A stretch of 62,990 nucleotides of DNA, the filler included, from Octopus bimaculoides (Eukaryota), in the NCBI RefSeq assembly GCF_001194135.2. It is 7 parts of 7 records of this genome, joined end to end, with 100 filler letters (N's around TTAATTAATTAA, not from the genome) between each part and the next. Parts side by side here need not be neighbours in the genome. Positions count along the whole stretch, not along the records: positions 1 to 15,155 come from NC_068987.1; 6 more parts are not named here. One strand, given 5' to 3'. Both the position numbers and the translations under genes were made by a program. Below the pieces are notes generated by a model that was not told where the DNA came from, made no database searches, and saw only the letters and a list, made by a program, of their open reading frames with translations. The first letter of the stretch is position 1; each line of letters begins with the position of its first letter. This document shows, piece by piece, positions 1 to 13,720 of the stretch.

Positions 1-19
1 GTGTGGCTAATAAAGAAAC

Positions 20-78
<59 letters not shown>

Positions 79-79
79 C

Positions 80-146
<67 letters not shown>

Positions 147-166
147 CCTATCTTTCTATCTATCTA
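20..166. repeat. (CTAT)n tetranucleotide microsatellite
   Basis: Near-perfect CTAT run; source of the spurious YLSI ORF at 1-207. Confidence 0.95.
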
Positions 167-1104
167 CATTTAACAGTGTAACTGAGATTGATGTAACAAA
201 TGAATAAAAAGGCATAAAAGGAAAATGAGAGCGGACTGTCATTTAACATCTATTTCATTGACTACCAATGAAACTGGAGCACGTCCGTTCCAACAGAGAA
301 TGACAAAGGAAAGTCTAGAGTCGAGAAAATAAAATTCACGTTGTAACCTGATTCTATAAGAGAATGTTGTACTCACTAATTTAGTTGAACAGTTTGTATG
401 ATGGTACATATACAGATTAGAGATATAGCGAGAAAGAGAAGGAGAGAGGGAAAGAGAAAGATATGATTAGTGGATAAATGCAAGTGTCAACTGCCATAGT
501 AGGTTTTTAAAATAGTTGTAGTCGAGTCATCAGGTGTTGCGGAAAGTTCATGTTGACCAATCTAAGTGCTGAAAATGACTGGCACTGAACTTAATATAAA
601 CTTCATGTATGACTGCATCTCTCTGTTCATCTGTTCAGCACTGTCCAGTCGTGGTCATCTGGTTCTGTTCTCCCTCTCTCTCTGTGATCGTCTGTCTCTC
701 TTCTCAAATCTAGCTTGTTATTTGCTTCCATTTTATAAGCTGTGACCTTGCTTAATAGGCGCTTGATTGATTTTCTATCAACAATTTCGGATTCTATTGA
801 ATTTTTCCTGACGGCCATCAAAGAGTACAATGTATGGTTGTTGATTGGCTAGATTTTGCTGACGTCATCTCATTCGCAAAATATTTTGGCAAGATTCCAT
901 ACATTTCAAGCTGATAAAATTATTCTAATTAAATAAAAAACAATTCAAGTTTGATTTGAGACAGCGACCTGTTACACACACGCACACACACACAGACACA
1001 CCATCGCGCGCACGCACTCAAACACATATTTCATCATGTTGAACCGTTAATCCCTACACATGTTTTCTCTCTTCGCTTTTTTTCATCTAAATTCGTTCTG
1101 TCCT

Positions 1105-1379
1105 TCAGACCAACATTTATTTCGTAGTTTCGTAGAATCATTTGGAGGACATAACTTTCGCAAGCCAGGAGGAGGTCGAAACTGACATTTCAGAGTTCTT
1201 CGCTTTGAAACAACCAAAAGAGTTTTACATTGATGGGATTAAAAGCTTGTAAATAGATGGAAGGAAGTCACAGATAATCAGGGAAAGTACAGTGATGACT
1301 AAATTTCAATTATATATAACATTTGATCACTTGTTTTCTTTATTCAAAATTCGGACAGAACTTATGGAATAACCTTATA
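1105..1379 (+). mobile_element. Degraded mariner transposon 3' end
   Basis: Interrupted translation follows the mariner C-terminus (FRS..NHL.G..F..EV..FF..K..FY..GI..L..RW..V..N.G.Y) and ends in a TIR-like GAACTTATGGAATAACCTTATA. Confidence 0.6.
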
Positions 1380-2040
1380 CTTAGATAAGTATAGTGTTAT
1401 TTGTAAACTATAATAAAATATTTTTTAATATTCAAATTTTAATTTTAGCTGCAATATTTTAAGCAAAAAGTTTCTTTTTCTTTACTTTACTTGAAGTAAT
1501 TGTTTGTCCTATACTTTTACAGGTGTAATAACTTGTCCTGTCCTTTTCCAGGTTTATAATCTTAAGAATATTACTTTTCATGCTCGCATTTTTCCATGTA
1601 ATCCATGATTTTTCCAGGCATTGCTGTTATAAGATAATTAATAATGTGTTAGTTAATAATTTAAGATTTTACCTTATAAAATACTGGGTAGGGGGGATAC
1701 ATTGGCTGCTATTTTTAGCGTGTTGAGCGACCAAGTAGAGGCTCTTTCATTGGTTTGATTGCGTAATGTGATTTTTTTTGCACATATATGTATAATATGC
1801 GTATATATCATCGGCAGAAGTTAGAGAGTAAGTCAAAAGCTGAGAGTTTCGTGATTGGCACTTACCAAACACGAATTTGTCCATTGTCACTCTGTAACTT
1901 GTGACGAAATAACTTCAAAAATACAAAATTTTGTCAAAAACGTTAGGAGTAAACACTGTTGTGTTTGACACATTGTACCAGTATCGGAAGTTTCAAAGTG
2001 TTTAGTTATAAAAAATTAATTAACTAATCTGTACGTCAAA

Positions 2041-2160
2041 TTGAGTAGATCCGAAATGGATGAAAAGCAAAGTCGACCTCGGCGGAATTTAAACTGAAAA
2101 CGTAAATACAGATAAACATATTTCACGGCGCGCTAACGTTTCTGCCAGCTCACCGCCTTC
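2041..2160 (-). mobile_element. tRNA-derived SINE, family A (5' part)
   Basis: Reverse complement matches GAGCTGGCAGAA..GTTAGC...GAGTT.AAATTCCGCCGAGGTCGACTTTGC, a motif repeated many times in this window. Confidence 0.75.
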
Positions 2161-2627
2161 AAAAGTAAGCATTGATTTTAGCAATATATTCCTTATTCTT
2201 ATAGCTGAAGCGTTACTTTCTTATTCTCTTACTGACACGAAATTTCGTGGCATTTTACCCCATATCTTTTCTTCTACAATTTTTTGTTCAATGCGACTAA
2301 AGACTCTGAATTCCTCATACATTTTTCTATCATTTAAGCCTAAGAAAAGTATACATTTATTCTAAAATTAAAAAGTTTATGTTAATTGAAGGTGAATAGG
2401 TGCCTTATTGCCCCTCTTGAGGTCGCAGATATTTTGATGTAACTTTTTTTTCTACTGAACCGAATCTCAAACTATTTATGCCAAAGTGTAGCTGAGGAGG
2501 TGTCCTTTTAAAAACTATTAACAGTTTGCAATTTAGTTGAGAACTGAATTAGTGGAGAAGCTTGGAAGCTGCTGCGATTGACGAAATGGTGGACTTAAGA
2601 ATATATTCAACCACTACTATGGTTGAA

Positions 2628-2709
<82 letters not shown>

Positions 2710-2795
2710 ATATACATATGTATACATACATATAAACTTATACATGCATATATACTTGTTTATATGTATATTTATATATGTATATCTATGTACAC

Positions 2796-2853
<58 letters not shown>

Positions 2854-4399
2854 TTGCTTATACGTAAGATTGCGTGTGTCTACATTTATATGAATATATT
2901 TCTCGTGGTTTGTGTGTTGACTTGTGTTTATTTACTTTTGTATGGTCACTTTGATCGATCTGTCAAGGTAACTGGTTCAAAAGATTTGTCTGGTGTGAAG
3001 ATTCGTCTAAACCTCTTTACATTTAATTACTCTCTATGTATCACCTCTATGTATCACCTTCTTCCTTTATCATCTCAAACTTTCATAGTTATTTATTTCA
3101 CTTGAAAACTGTCCTTCGGCATGAAGCCTTGTACTTTCATGTTTTACTTTGTTTCGTTCGTATAATCTTCTCAGAATGGTTTGCTTCGTTTCTAAGATGC
3201 TTATTTCAGTTCTCTTTTAAATATTTCAATTGGTAGCGTTTCATAGAAACGTAAGATTTATATTCCAGCTTTTCTCTGTCTATTTGAAATTATAGATTTT
3301 AACCTTCCTTTGACTTTGTTTCAAACTACGTTATCGAGCCATGGTATTTTTCTCATCAAAATCTTGATAAAATTTCGCTCACCCTCGTTTCTCTAATCTC
3401 TTTATAATATTCGTTCAAAATTCCTTCCAGTTTATTTCTTTTGTTGCATTCTGCAAATTGATTCACTACCACTTGAGGCATTAATCAAGTTGGATTCTCG
3501 CTCGCCCCATGACCGCAATATAAATGGTCAACCTCGAAATATGAACTTAAACATTCATAATTTTAAATTAAGCCACTCCCTACAAATAGATTTATTATCG
3601 ACCCTGCAATCTTATATTTCATTTACAATTCGTCTTTCTTACTTCTAGACTATTTCATTGATCCGCACTTCGATGTCATCTCATTTGTTCCAAGGAGATG
3701 AAAATGACCGAAACAGATGTATAAATCTGCATTAGCGTATTAATGGAATTAATATGCATACACGCGTATATATACGTACATACATACACACGCACACATA
3801 CATACATACATACACACATACATACATACATACATACATACATACATACATACACACACATATATATATATGTGTGTGTGAATATATATATATGTATATA
3901 TGTATATATATATATATATATGTGTGNNNNNNNNNNNNNNNNNNNNNNNNNNNNNNNNNNNNNNNNNNNNNNNNNNNNNNNNNNNNNNNNNNNNNNNNNN
4001 NNNNNNNNNNNNNNNNNNNNNNNNNNNNNNNNNNNNNNNNNNNNNNNNNNNNNNNNNNNNNNNNNNNNNNNNNNNNNNNNNNNNNNNNNNNNNNNNNNNN
4101 NNNNNNNNNNNNNNNNNNNNNNNNNNNNNNNNNNNNNNNNNNNNNNNNNNNNNNNNNNNNNNNNNNNNNNNNNNNNNNNNNNNNNNNNNNNNNNNNNNNN
4201 NNNNNNNNNNNNNNNNNNNNNNNNNNNNNNNNNNNNNNNNNNNNNNNNNNNNNNNNNNNNNNNNNNNNNNNNNNNNNNNNNNNNNNNNNNNNNNNNNNNN
4301 NNNNNNNNNNNNNNNNNNNNNNNNNGTTTTACAGCATCGTCGGAATTTAATTTTTTTCCATTAAAAAGTTATCCAAATTCTGGAAGAAGTCATAGTTGA

Positions 4400-5865
4400 T
4401 GGTGGTGGTGGGGGGATCAGGTGAGTATGGTGGATGATGGAGAACTTCCAACTCCAACTCCTGTCGTTTCGCATAGCAAATGAAAGACAGAAGATGAAAT
4501 ATACGAGAATTTATTGTTAATCAAGACAATTGTTTCGACACATCTAACATCAATTCCTCTTGGGTGAAGGAATTAGTTCAGGAGCATCCGGTGGTGCAGA
4601 TGTATCTCGTCGGGTGATAAATAAATATAATTCGTTGAAATGACTGTTCCGCAATATATAAATAGAAATGAGTTTTCTTGTCCTGTCCCCTGTACAATGG
4701 ACGATATAAGTAAAGAATGGTCATCAACTATAATCAAACTATCAACTGTTAAGTACTCTAGTTCGTGCATCTTTTTCTCAAAATGAACGATAAAGTCATA
4801 TATGAATTCTTCCTTGCATTCACCTTGAAGAACACCATAACATCACCTACCGATTAAGATGGTGATGAAAATTTTTCCTCGCATTCGAAGACGATGGTCG
4901 CGTTTATTAGTTTCAATGTGCTACAAATAGCCTAGTTGGTTTCCAAACCTGATTTAAAGGGAAGGAATCAAGAAAATGTTTGCTTATAGCTTCACATAGC
5001 TCTTTGTCATATTTGGTATGCTTTCTTTAATACGTTCCAATCGTGGCTCTTTTCTAAGCAACTAGCCACAACAATAGCTTCTTGAAAAAAACACTGCTTC
5101 CAATAGTACGAGTGCAAACGATCCTACAAATCTCAACTGCCAAACTCAACGCAATCTCTTCGTTACTGAAATAAAAAGACCTGCAAACCAGTGAATGGAA
5201 GATTATTCTATTTGATGTGTTCTACTCCGGCATATCTTTATGGTGCGCAGTATCTAATGTAACTCACCAACGAAAGTCGACTTGCAGCATATCGCTGCCA
5301 AAGAGATTAACTTACCCCATATAGGCGCGAATGTGATATCACAGTTACCATACAAAACACAATATTTTTGTTGATAAAGTTTATCTGCCAGAAGCAACGC
5401 ACAATGTGCTCATGTGTGACTTCTCTGGGGCAAATAATCGTGAGAACGATATCTAGCTACTCCTACTGGATCCGTCGAGAGTATAACATATAGCTAATTT
5501 TCGTGGATCTTAGCTACTTCTATTGAATCTGTAATAAGTACACCTTAACATTGTGGATGAGCGCCGCGTTATTTGTGAAGCAGAGGTCCAGGATATTTCC
5601 CCTCTTGTTGGGTGGAGCACCATTTGCTCCATGAAGAACATGTTTGTGAGGTCGAGCAAAGACTCTACTTTGCTTCTGTTCATGCAGTGACATATCTAGG
5701 AGAAGGCGGCCCTCACGCGACTCGACATTAAGGAGATTGAAGTCCTTAGAAGTAAGTGCAAGATATCATCCAGGTTGGTTAATACTACTTTCATTTTTTG
5801 GAGACACATATAGGGTGTAGGTAGTGGTCACTGTTCTGACATGTGTAGAGGTGGCAGAGGTGGCC
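4400..5865 (-). mobile_element. Decayed CR1/L2-type LINE ORF2 fragment (APE endonuclease and downstream region)
   Basis: Minus-strand translation near 5550-5760 gives DFNLL and MEQMVLHPTRG.NILDLCFTNN (with a frameshift), matching the APE C-terminal motifs GDFN and Q.V..PTR..NILDL..TN. The left boundary is approximate. Confidence 0.6.
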
Positions 5866-6171
5866 ATATATATATATATATATATATATCGTTTTTGGAT
5901 TTGAATTTGGTTTGCTAGATTCTTTATGTGAGTTCGTTTGTTGAAGCATATTTCGTTGTGTCTGGGGAGAGTCATTCTCTTTTAGTGCCTTATTATTTAA
6001 TACACTCACCGGTTAAGTTTCCACTCATTTACTTTACTTATTTATTTTTTCTAAAATTTTCGTTGCGTCTTGCAACCTTTTCAATAGTCGTTGAATCTGT
6101 CCGTTACCCGAACTGCATTCTTTTTGTCTGGTTGAGCGCATGTTTGTGGGTCAGTGTGCGTACGCATGTAC

Positions 6172-6202
<31 letters not shown>

Positions 6203-8318
6203 TGTATGTATGCATGTATGTATGTATGTATTTATGTATGTTTGTTTACCCATCTTTATACACATTTTAAAATTAATCTTTTTCTATTTATAGGAGAAGC
6301 GCTTGGTTTTCATTTCCCGCATAGGTGTTTGCTTTCTCATTGGTAATGCCTTTTTTTCTATATACGCATAAATGTAATTCTTTCCCAAATGAATTATATT
6401 TTATATTCGAGGCTCCGATGAAGCCGTAAGGTGTTATTCAGGCACTCAACTATGTGTCCACTGCAGCTTATAACGGAAACAACCTTAAGCTAATGAAGTT
6501 TATAAGACAATTGTCTATTCGTTTATTTCTTTATCATCTTATTTTCTTTTATATATATATTGTGTGTATATTTGAGGGAAAATATTTATATAAGCAAATA
6601 AGCGTATAAGTAGTGAAGTAGTGCTCAAACTTGTCAGATTTTTAAATTCTAACTTTTGTATCACTACAGTAATGTAGACGCCACAATTCTCTTTAATATG
6701 AAAGAATACTGGTGGAATATGTCTGTCAAAATCTCTGTAAAATGTAGACTGAATAGACCAGCACAATTACCTGAGACACGCAAGAAGAGAACATTTGTCA
6801 ACTAGACGTCAACATAAGAGAAATTAAAAGAAAACGGCTACAGCGAATTAATGAGAAAATTATAGATACGATACTCTCTGTACAACTTTTGATATATATC
6901 TAGGATAATTGCGGTATTTCAATACGTAACTAATTGGTTTAGTAGTAATCTTGAAAATTGGTTTAGCAGTAATCTTGTTTTAGCAGTGAATCACAAGAAT
7001 CGGGAAGAATCCGGCTAATTAGGAAATGACAATTTCAATGGAAAAATGAAAAGACATAAACATTCCATTTCAGTCTATAGTATGTGTCGATGCGTAAGCA
7101 TGTATAGTAAGTGGAAAAATACAGATTCACATAAGCAATGGCATACATGCATATAGGTTTGGGTTTGATCCCACTGCATAGAATCCAGGTCATATGTCTT
7201 CTGCAATAGCCACGTATTCGTCAATACTAAGGAAGAAGAATTTTGGAGACGAAATCTGTGTGGAAGCCTGTCATAAATACACACACACACACACCACACA
7301 CACACACGTATGCGCGCGCGTAAATAAAGCCACTCTAACCAGTGCTAAATAAATGCATTCAAGTGAAGTAATATTTAATTGGTTTGAATACACTCGCACG
7401 TAAGAAAACCTTTCACTACTGAAATAGTCTCAGGAGAAAATTCCCCTCCTCGATGACATTTGTGAAAACACATTGAGTTGTTTATAATGGCACTAGATCG
7501 TAGGATGCGTCCGTTTCTGCGTTCTTTCGCATTACCAGCCACTAATACCAACTTATATTAAGCGAATACGTGTATAAGCACTGAATCAGTGCTCAGACTT
7601 GTCAGATTCTTAAATTTCAGCTTGTGTTCATATTGGAACAACAAACGGTATGCTTGCCGATGTTTGTAGATCTTAGTGAAACTAGAATTAAATAACGAAT
7701 ATATTTTATTCATCGCTTCTTCTTGGATCAACCTCAGGAATTCTTCCGTGTACGTTGAGTATAAAACAAATGAAGATAGGATACACGGGAAACTTTATTG
7801 CTCACAACGATCGTTTCAACATACCTGCACCGATCCCTTGCGGGTGGGAACTATACAACTAGTTGTGTGTATCCCTCGGTGCAGAAGCGTCTCGTCAAGT
7901 GATCTAATAACAAGTATCGCGTGACCGTAGGTTTAAGTCGTTTAAACCTACAGTCACTAACAACATGCTGTATTAAATCTGAGCGAAGAGAGTTCTTATT
8001 ACATTACCCGACGTGACGAGAGATGCACCACAACTAGTTGTGTAGTTTCGCTCTCACGAGGATGTGTCGAAATGATCACTGGGAGCAATAAAGTTTCCCG
8101 TGTATTCGATCGTCCGTCTCTTTTCTTTCTGTCGGTTCTTTTCCTCATCCCTTTCTGTCGAAGCACAGGTTCGAAACGTCACTTTTCCATTTTTCCCGAG
8201 CGTTAAACTAATACACCTGTTTATTGCTCCCTCACCTGTCTCTGTCTTTTGTTTTCTGTACATTTGAATCACATATATTTACGCGCGGGTGTGTCTGTGT
8301 GTGAAAATGTGTGTATTT

Positions 8319-8354
<36 letters not shown>

Positions 8355-8418
8355 AAATGTGTGTATTTGAGTGTGTGTGTGTGTGTGTGCGTGTGCGCGT
8401 GTGTGTGTGTATGTATGT

Positions 8419-8491
<73 letters not shown>

Positions 8492-8591
8492 AGAGGGATG
8501 ACCACTAGGTGGACATCCAATATGCTAAATGTAGATCCATATGGTCTGACCACTAAGAAAATTGTTCGTAGATCTTGGTGAAACTAGAATT

Positions 8592-8881
8592 AAATAACGA
8601 ATATATTTTATTCATCGCTTCTTCTTGCGACTTGATTTAATTAACTTTAGTTTGAACAAGCTTTACTTGCAACGGTAAATGAACCTTTTGCTGTTCTGAT
8701 AACAGCTAATCGTTGTTATTAGGTGTGAAAAACAAATTTGGTGATAGTGGCTGACGAAGCGGAAGAATACAGAAACACATGCAGCTCATGACCCAATGGC
8801 GTCATTCGTAGCTCAATGTAGCTTAATGTTAATTAAATCAAGTCGCAAGAAAAAGCGATGAATAAGATATATTCGTTATTT
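8592..8881. mobile_element. MITE-like element with 53-bp terminal inverted repeats
   Basis: 8593-8645 and 8828-8880 are reverse complements with 2 mismatches; no coding capacity; no clear TSD. Confidence 0.6.
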
Positions 8882-10655
8882 TCTGCAGAGTTATTTCCGG
8901 CTTTGGAGCGCCAAAACGAAGACATTTGAAATATATCCCCAAATACAATTGACAGAACCGTATGCATGTTCTCTTTCGTGTGGACGTATCGTGTACAGTT
9001 CTTCAAATTATATTTTCTATGACGGTCGCACTGATGAATTGCAGACAATATCAATTTTTTTACCCTCATTATCTAAATATATATATATATATATATATAT
9101 AAACAAATAGTAAATGAGTATAAGCATATATACGTACAGGTATGTGCATACCGACATCCACCTGTATGTATAGGTGCATATCTGGGTACAGGACATTGCA
9201 AACAAAACAGAGACGAGAAAACACACAAGCCACATAGAGAACATTCTACTTCATCAGCTACCCCCGTTTTAACACCGGCGTTTCGAAGAGCTGGGCAGGA
9301 CGCATCGTTAAAACGGCTCTTCCCATGGACCGCAAATTAAATTTGTATACACAAATTAAATCTTGCCATGGAGGAATGTAGTGGCGGACAAAAAACAAGA
9401 CAGGAAAACAAACAGAAAAGGCTTNNNNNNNNNNNNNNNNNNNNNNNNNNNNNNNNNNNNNNNNNNNNNNNNNNNNNNNNNNNNNNNNNNNNNNNNNNNN
9501 NNNNNNNNNNNNNNNNNNNNNNNNNNNNNNNNNNNNTATGTGTATGAACGCTGTGAGGCACGAACTTGAAAGTAGGGACGAAGTGGTTCGCGTGTTTGCT
9601 CGGCGATAGCCAAGGAAGAAAAGGATTATTGACCGGAAGCATGTGACCATGCTGGTGTAAGGGGAAGAGAGAGAGTGGTAGAGGGAGAAACAAAGGGAGG
9701 AAGTAGAAGAATAAGTGAGCAACGAGAGGAAAAGAGAAAGAGAGGAAGTACGAGGAGGGAAAAAGAGATACGTAGTAGTAACAGAGGAAGAACGAGAGGG
9801 GTAAAGCTAGATACGTAGTAGTAAAGAGGAAGAACGAGGGGAAGAGAGAGAGTGGTAGAGGAAAGCATTAATTTACTTATCAATGCTAAAATTTCATTAT
9901 GCACATGATACTGAAAACATGAAAATGTGTTTCTGCATAAAATATATCAGTTTTTGTGAACATGATAATGAATGATGAATAGGTGACGCAATTCTAGCAA
10001 TTGTTTTTAGGGGTGCAGGGAAAGTGGGTTCATTCAGGTTTTGATCTACTTTTGAGTATTCGCATTTCGATGCTTTCTGAATACTTTTTCCTATATATTA
10101 TCACGCTGCTTCACTAGTTCAAGAGTAATAGCCACCAGAAGCATGAAACTAGCATTACGAGTCCTGACGCTCAAGGTTCTGATAGAATATACATATACTA
10201 TATTTTTGCTTTGTGCGTGGGGTAATTATATCCAGAATTGAATATTGTTGGGTACTACGATCATGATACAAAGGAAACAGAAGCAATCATTTGATACTTC
10301 TGCTAAGTAAAATATCTTTGCATATAACTTAAATATTATCACGTATATTCTCTTAGTCGATGTAATTCATAATTTTAACACCATAGTTTAGTAGTAGTCA
10401 TATTCACATTTTGGTTAACAAAACCGTTTTGATAAATCGAATTTGTAATATTTACTCACAAATTTAATTCATTAAAACATTTAATTTAATGAAGCATAAT
10501 TTTGAATAGTAGGCTAGTTTTCCTATCTTTTGAGCAATCGAAATAGTGTGAATATAATGTTATAGCAAAGAACTGCAAAGGGGTAAAATGCATGTAACAA
10601 AACGACAATAACTGAAAAAAAGGTTTTAAACAAAATACAGTTCAGTATGTAATGT

Positions 10656-12334
10656 TTAATTGTGAATACCATTAGAACATAAATGACTGTTTGTGTTACT
10701 GGACGGAGATATATCGATGGGAGAAAGTTTATTAACAAGAAGGTTTGACTGTTTATCTGAATGAACCGAATCATTGCTGTGATATGGCCGAAGAGGGTGA
10801 AATTTTTCTTCTTCAGGCGAGTGTTTTTTTAAAGTAGACATGCTGCTAGAACGTTGTTGTTTAAGGTGTCTTTTAGGAAATATTTCATCTTCTTTATTTG
10901 GTCTGTTCACTTCCTTTTGCACATTTTCGGCGGATGTGGCATTTGCTGAGCTTGAAAGTAGCATGTAACCGTTTTGTCTCCTAATTGCTGATGATGGAGA
11001 TGGTGAAGATGACAATGGTTTTTCATCACTATTCGTTTTCTCTTCATTTTCTATTTTATCTACGTCTACTACAACAATTCTTATTTCCTTTCCATCCTTT
11101 TCTTTCCCCTCTTCGATGTCTGGAGTAATTGTCGTATCTTTCTCATCAGATTCTCCTTCACTCATTTTAGAACGCGTTAGTGTTTCTGTTTTTTCTTCTG
11201 GAACAATAGATAAACTGGAATTACATTTTAATCGCTGATGTACCGGTGCCCATTTGGGTGAATATAGAGTGTGATGACACGACTGAGGACAACCTCTACG
11301 TGTGCTGAGTTTGTAATGATCACCATTGATGCAACGTTTTCCACACTTAAAATCACGTAATACTGTTTGAAAGCGTGTCTGTGATATACCAGTATCAGAA
11401 GATGAAGACGACGACGAAGAGGAATCAGAGATCCCTTCTTCTCCCGTGACGCCATTAATACTACCCGTTAAGGCTTCTTCTTCTTCTGACTGAGAATTTA
11501 TCTTACTCAGACCATGGTGCAATGTTTCAAGCGGGATCATTGTTGAGTTAGAACCATCAAACCTCGTGCATACTTGCTGAAGAAGTTGACTGCAACTGAG
11601 TAATTTTTCTTCCTCCGAGCAATTTCCTGCCAAACATGAAGCCGTTGTATCTTTCAAACATTGCAGTTTCTCATCGTTCTCTTGGGATTTACATGCCGTA
11701 AAAACGATGTCAGCTGTGATTTGTTTACTGAGTTCCTCGAGAGATTTATCACTTTCAGCCACTTGAAACTTGAGACATTCCTCACAAATCGGACAAAAGC
11801 ATTTAGAAGTACTCTCGTTTACATTTTCCTTGACATTCATGCTGTACTTGGTGCTGGTTATTTTGTCGCTGGTTGCTCGTTTCTCGATAGAGAAGAGTTT
11901 TAGAAACGAAGCCAGTCGCACAGATCCCCAAGACGCTTGATGTTGGCGATTGCCATATCGACCATAACCCTGCGATATAGTCGATTCTTCTAACCGACGA
12001 CAGAAATTTGTGCAATCACGTTTAAACTGCTTTGTGAAGATTGCGTAAAGAAACGGGTTAGCACAACTGTTTAGTGGCAATACGAAGATCGTAAAAAACT
12101 TTGCTTCTTCAAGAGAAATTAATTCTTTTCCGAACATGGCTGTCAGCGATAAAATTGTGATTGGCATCCAGCAAAGAAAATCAGTAAAAATGAGAAGAGA
12201 CATTCTCTTTGCCACGCGAACATCAGGTGAATTCCATGCTTTTGAGTCACGGATGTCGCAGTACATTTTCAGATAACATGACATGATGACTAAGAAAGAT
12301 GTTCCGTTAAAAACCATAATGAAGCAGACATACA
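10656..12334 (-). CDS. Terminal coding exon (TM5-TM7 plus long C-terminal tail) of a type-B leucine-rich-repeat GPCR, rickets/LGR2 (bursicon receptor)-like
   Basis: CYLKMYCDIRDSKAWNSPDVRVAKRMSLLIFTDFLCWMP...LISLEEAKFFTIFVLPLNSCANPFLYAIFTKQFKRDC closely parallels Drosophila rickets TM5-7 as recalled. Polypyrimidine tract and AG acceptor (TTTTGTTCTCTTTTACAG) at 12336-12335, phase 1; TAA stop at 10658-10656. The ORF-track Met at 12389 is intronic. Confidence 0.9.
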
Positions 12335-12451
12335 CTGTAAAAGAGAACAAAAGGAAATTTAGAATGCTATTCATCATAAGGCTTCGCAAATATTTAATAC
12401 AAAAAAAAAAATTGCATACGAAACATGGTTAGACTTAACATACTACATATA

Positions 12452-13720
12452 CAGAGGTTGGACAAAATAATGGAAATACCTAATATCATAGCATCATAAT
12501 TTTGAAATATCTATAAAACCGTTAAAAGCTTGTTTATTTTTATGTTTTTTTATTTATTGTTAGTATTGTTTAGTATGTTTTGCTAAAATTGCCTTTTCTT
12601 TTCAGATATCAACAGAAAAGGTAATTAAAATTCATTAGAATGACAAATCTATTGGACTTTCAAAGATGCCAAATTGTTGGTGCTCGTATGGCAGGCACCA
12701 GGGTAACGAAAACAACCGAAATGTTTGATGTATCAAGAAGTACTGTCTCGAAAGTGATGACAGCCTTTGAGAAAGAGGGAAAAACCTCCTCGTCGAAACA
12801 AAACTCCGGAAGAAAACCAAAACTTTCAGATAGGGACCGTCGGATTCTTACGCGAATTGTTAGAAAGGATCACAAAATTACAGCTCCCAAAATTACTGCA
12901 GAGCTTAATGACTACCTCGAGAACCCAGTTTCCACAAAAACTGTTCCCCGGGAACTGCACAAAGCTGGATTTTACGGGAGGGCTGCAATCAGAAAACCTA
13001 CTTTCAAAAACAAAAGTTGCAAAGCGTTTAGAGTGGAGTAAAAACCAACAGAATTGGTCCCTAGAACAGCGGAAGAATGTTATTTTTTTCGGACGAGTCA
13101 TTCTGTACCTTATTTCCGACCACCGACCGAGTATACGTGTGGAGACAGCCAAAAGAAGCATTTGACCCAGACTGCCTTCTTCCAGCTGTTAAACACGGAG
13201 GAGGATCTGTGATGATCTGTGGGGCTATATCTTGGAAATCCGCCGGCCTAATGGTTTCCCTTTATGGCAGAATTAATAGTCAAGACTATTTAAGCATTTT
13301 ATCCGATCAAATTCATCCTATCGTTGCGGAACTGTTTCCGGATGGAAACGCAATCTTTCAGAATGATAATACACCAATTCACACAGCTAAAGTTGTTACT
13401 GAATGGCACGAGGAACATTCTAGTGTAGTTGAACATCTTATCTGGCCACCACAGTCCCCAGATCTCAATATTATCGAACAATTATGATGCATTTTAGAAA
13501 AGCAAGTAAGGAGTCGATATCCTCCACCATCATCACTACAAGAACTGGAGACTGTTTTAGCTAAATAATGGACAAAAATTCCTTTGGCAATTCTAACTTT
13601 GTACGAAGTCCATACCTCGTAGAATTCAAGCTGTTATTACTGCCAAAGGCGGTTCTACCCCATAGTAAAATAAATTTGTTTGAAATTTTAAGGTGTTTCC
13701 ATCATTTTGTCCAACCCCTG
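12452..13720 (+). mobile_element. Full-length Tc1-like DNA transposon (1269 bp) with DD36E spacing
   Basis: 30-bp TIRs at 12452-12481 and 13691-13720 (3 mismatches); TA target duplications at 12450-51 and 13721-22; one transposase frame in between. Confidence 0.95.
12640..13668 (+). pseudogene. Disrupted Tc1-type transposase
   Basis: Paired-like HTH, GRKPK AT-hook motif, FSDES, FQNDN, WPPQSPDLNIIE. Frameshifts near 13000 and at the poly-T 13081-13090; premature TGA at 13485-87 and TAA near 13566. Confidence 0.9.

Noticed and set aside
860-867. TGACGTCA (CRE) next to a reverse CCAAT
   Set aside because: Short motifs inside repeat-like sequence, with no linked transcription unit.
12335-12389. 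Met at 12389 as the start of a 577-aa GPCR
   Set aside because: The first 18 codons lie in the polypyrimidine tract upstream of a good AG acceptor, and TM1-4 and the LRR ectodomain are missing.
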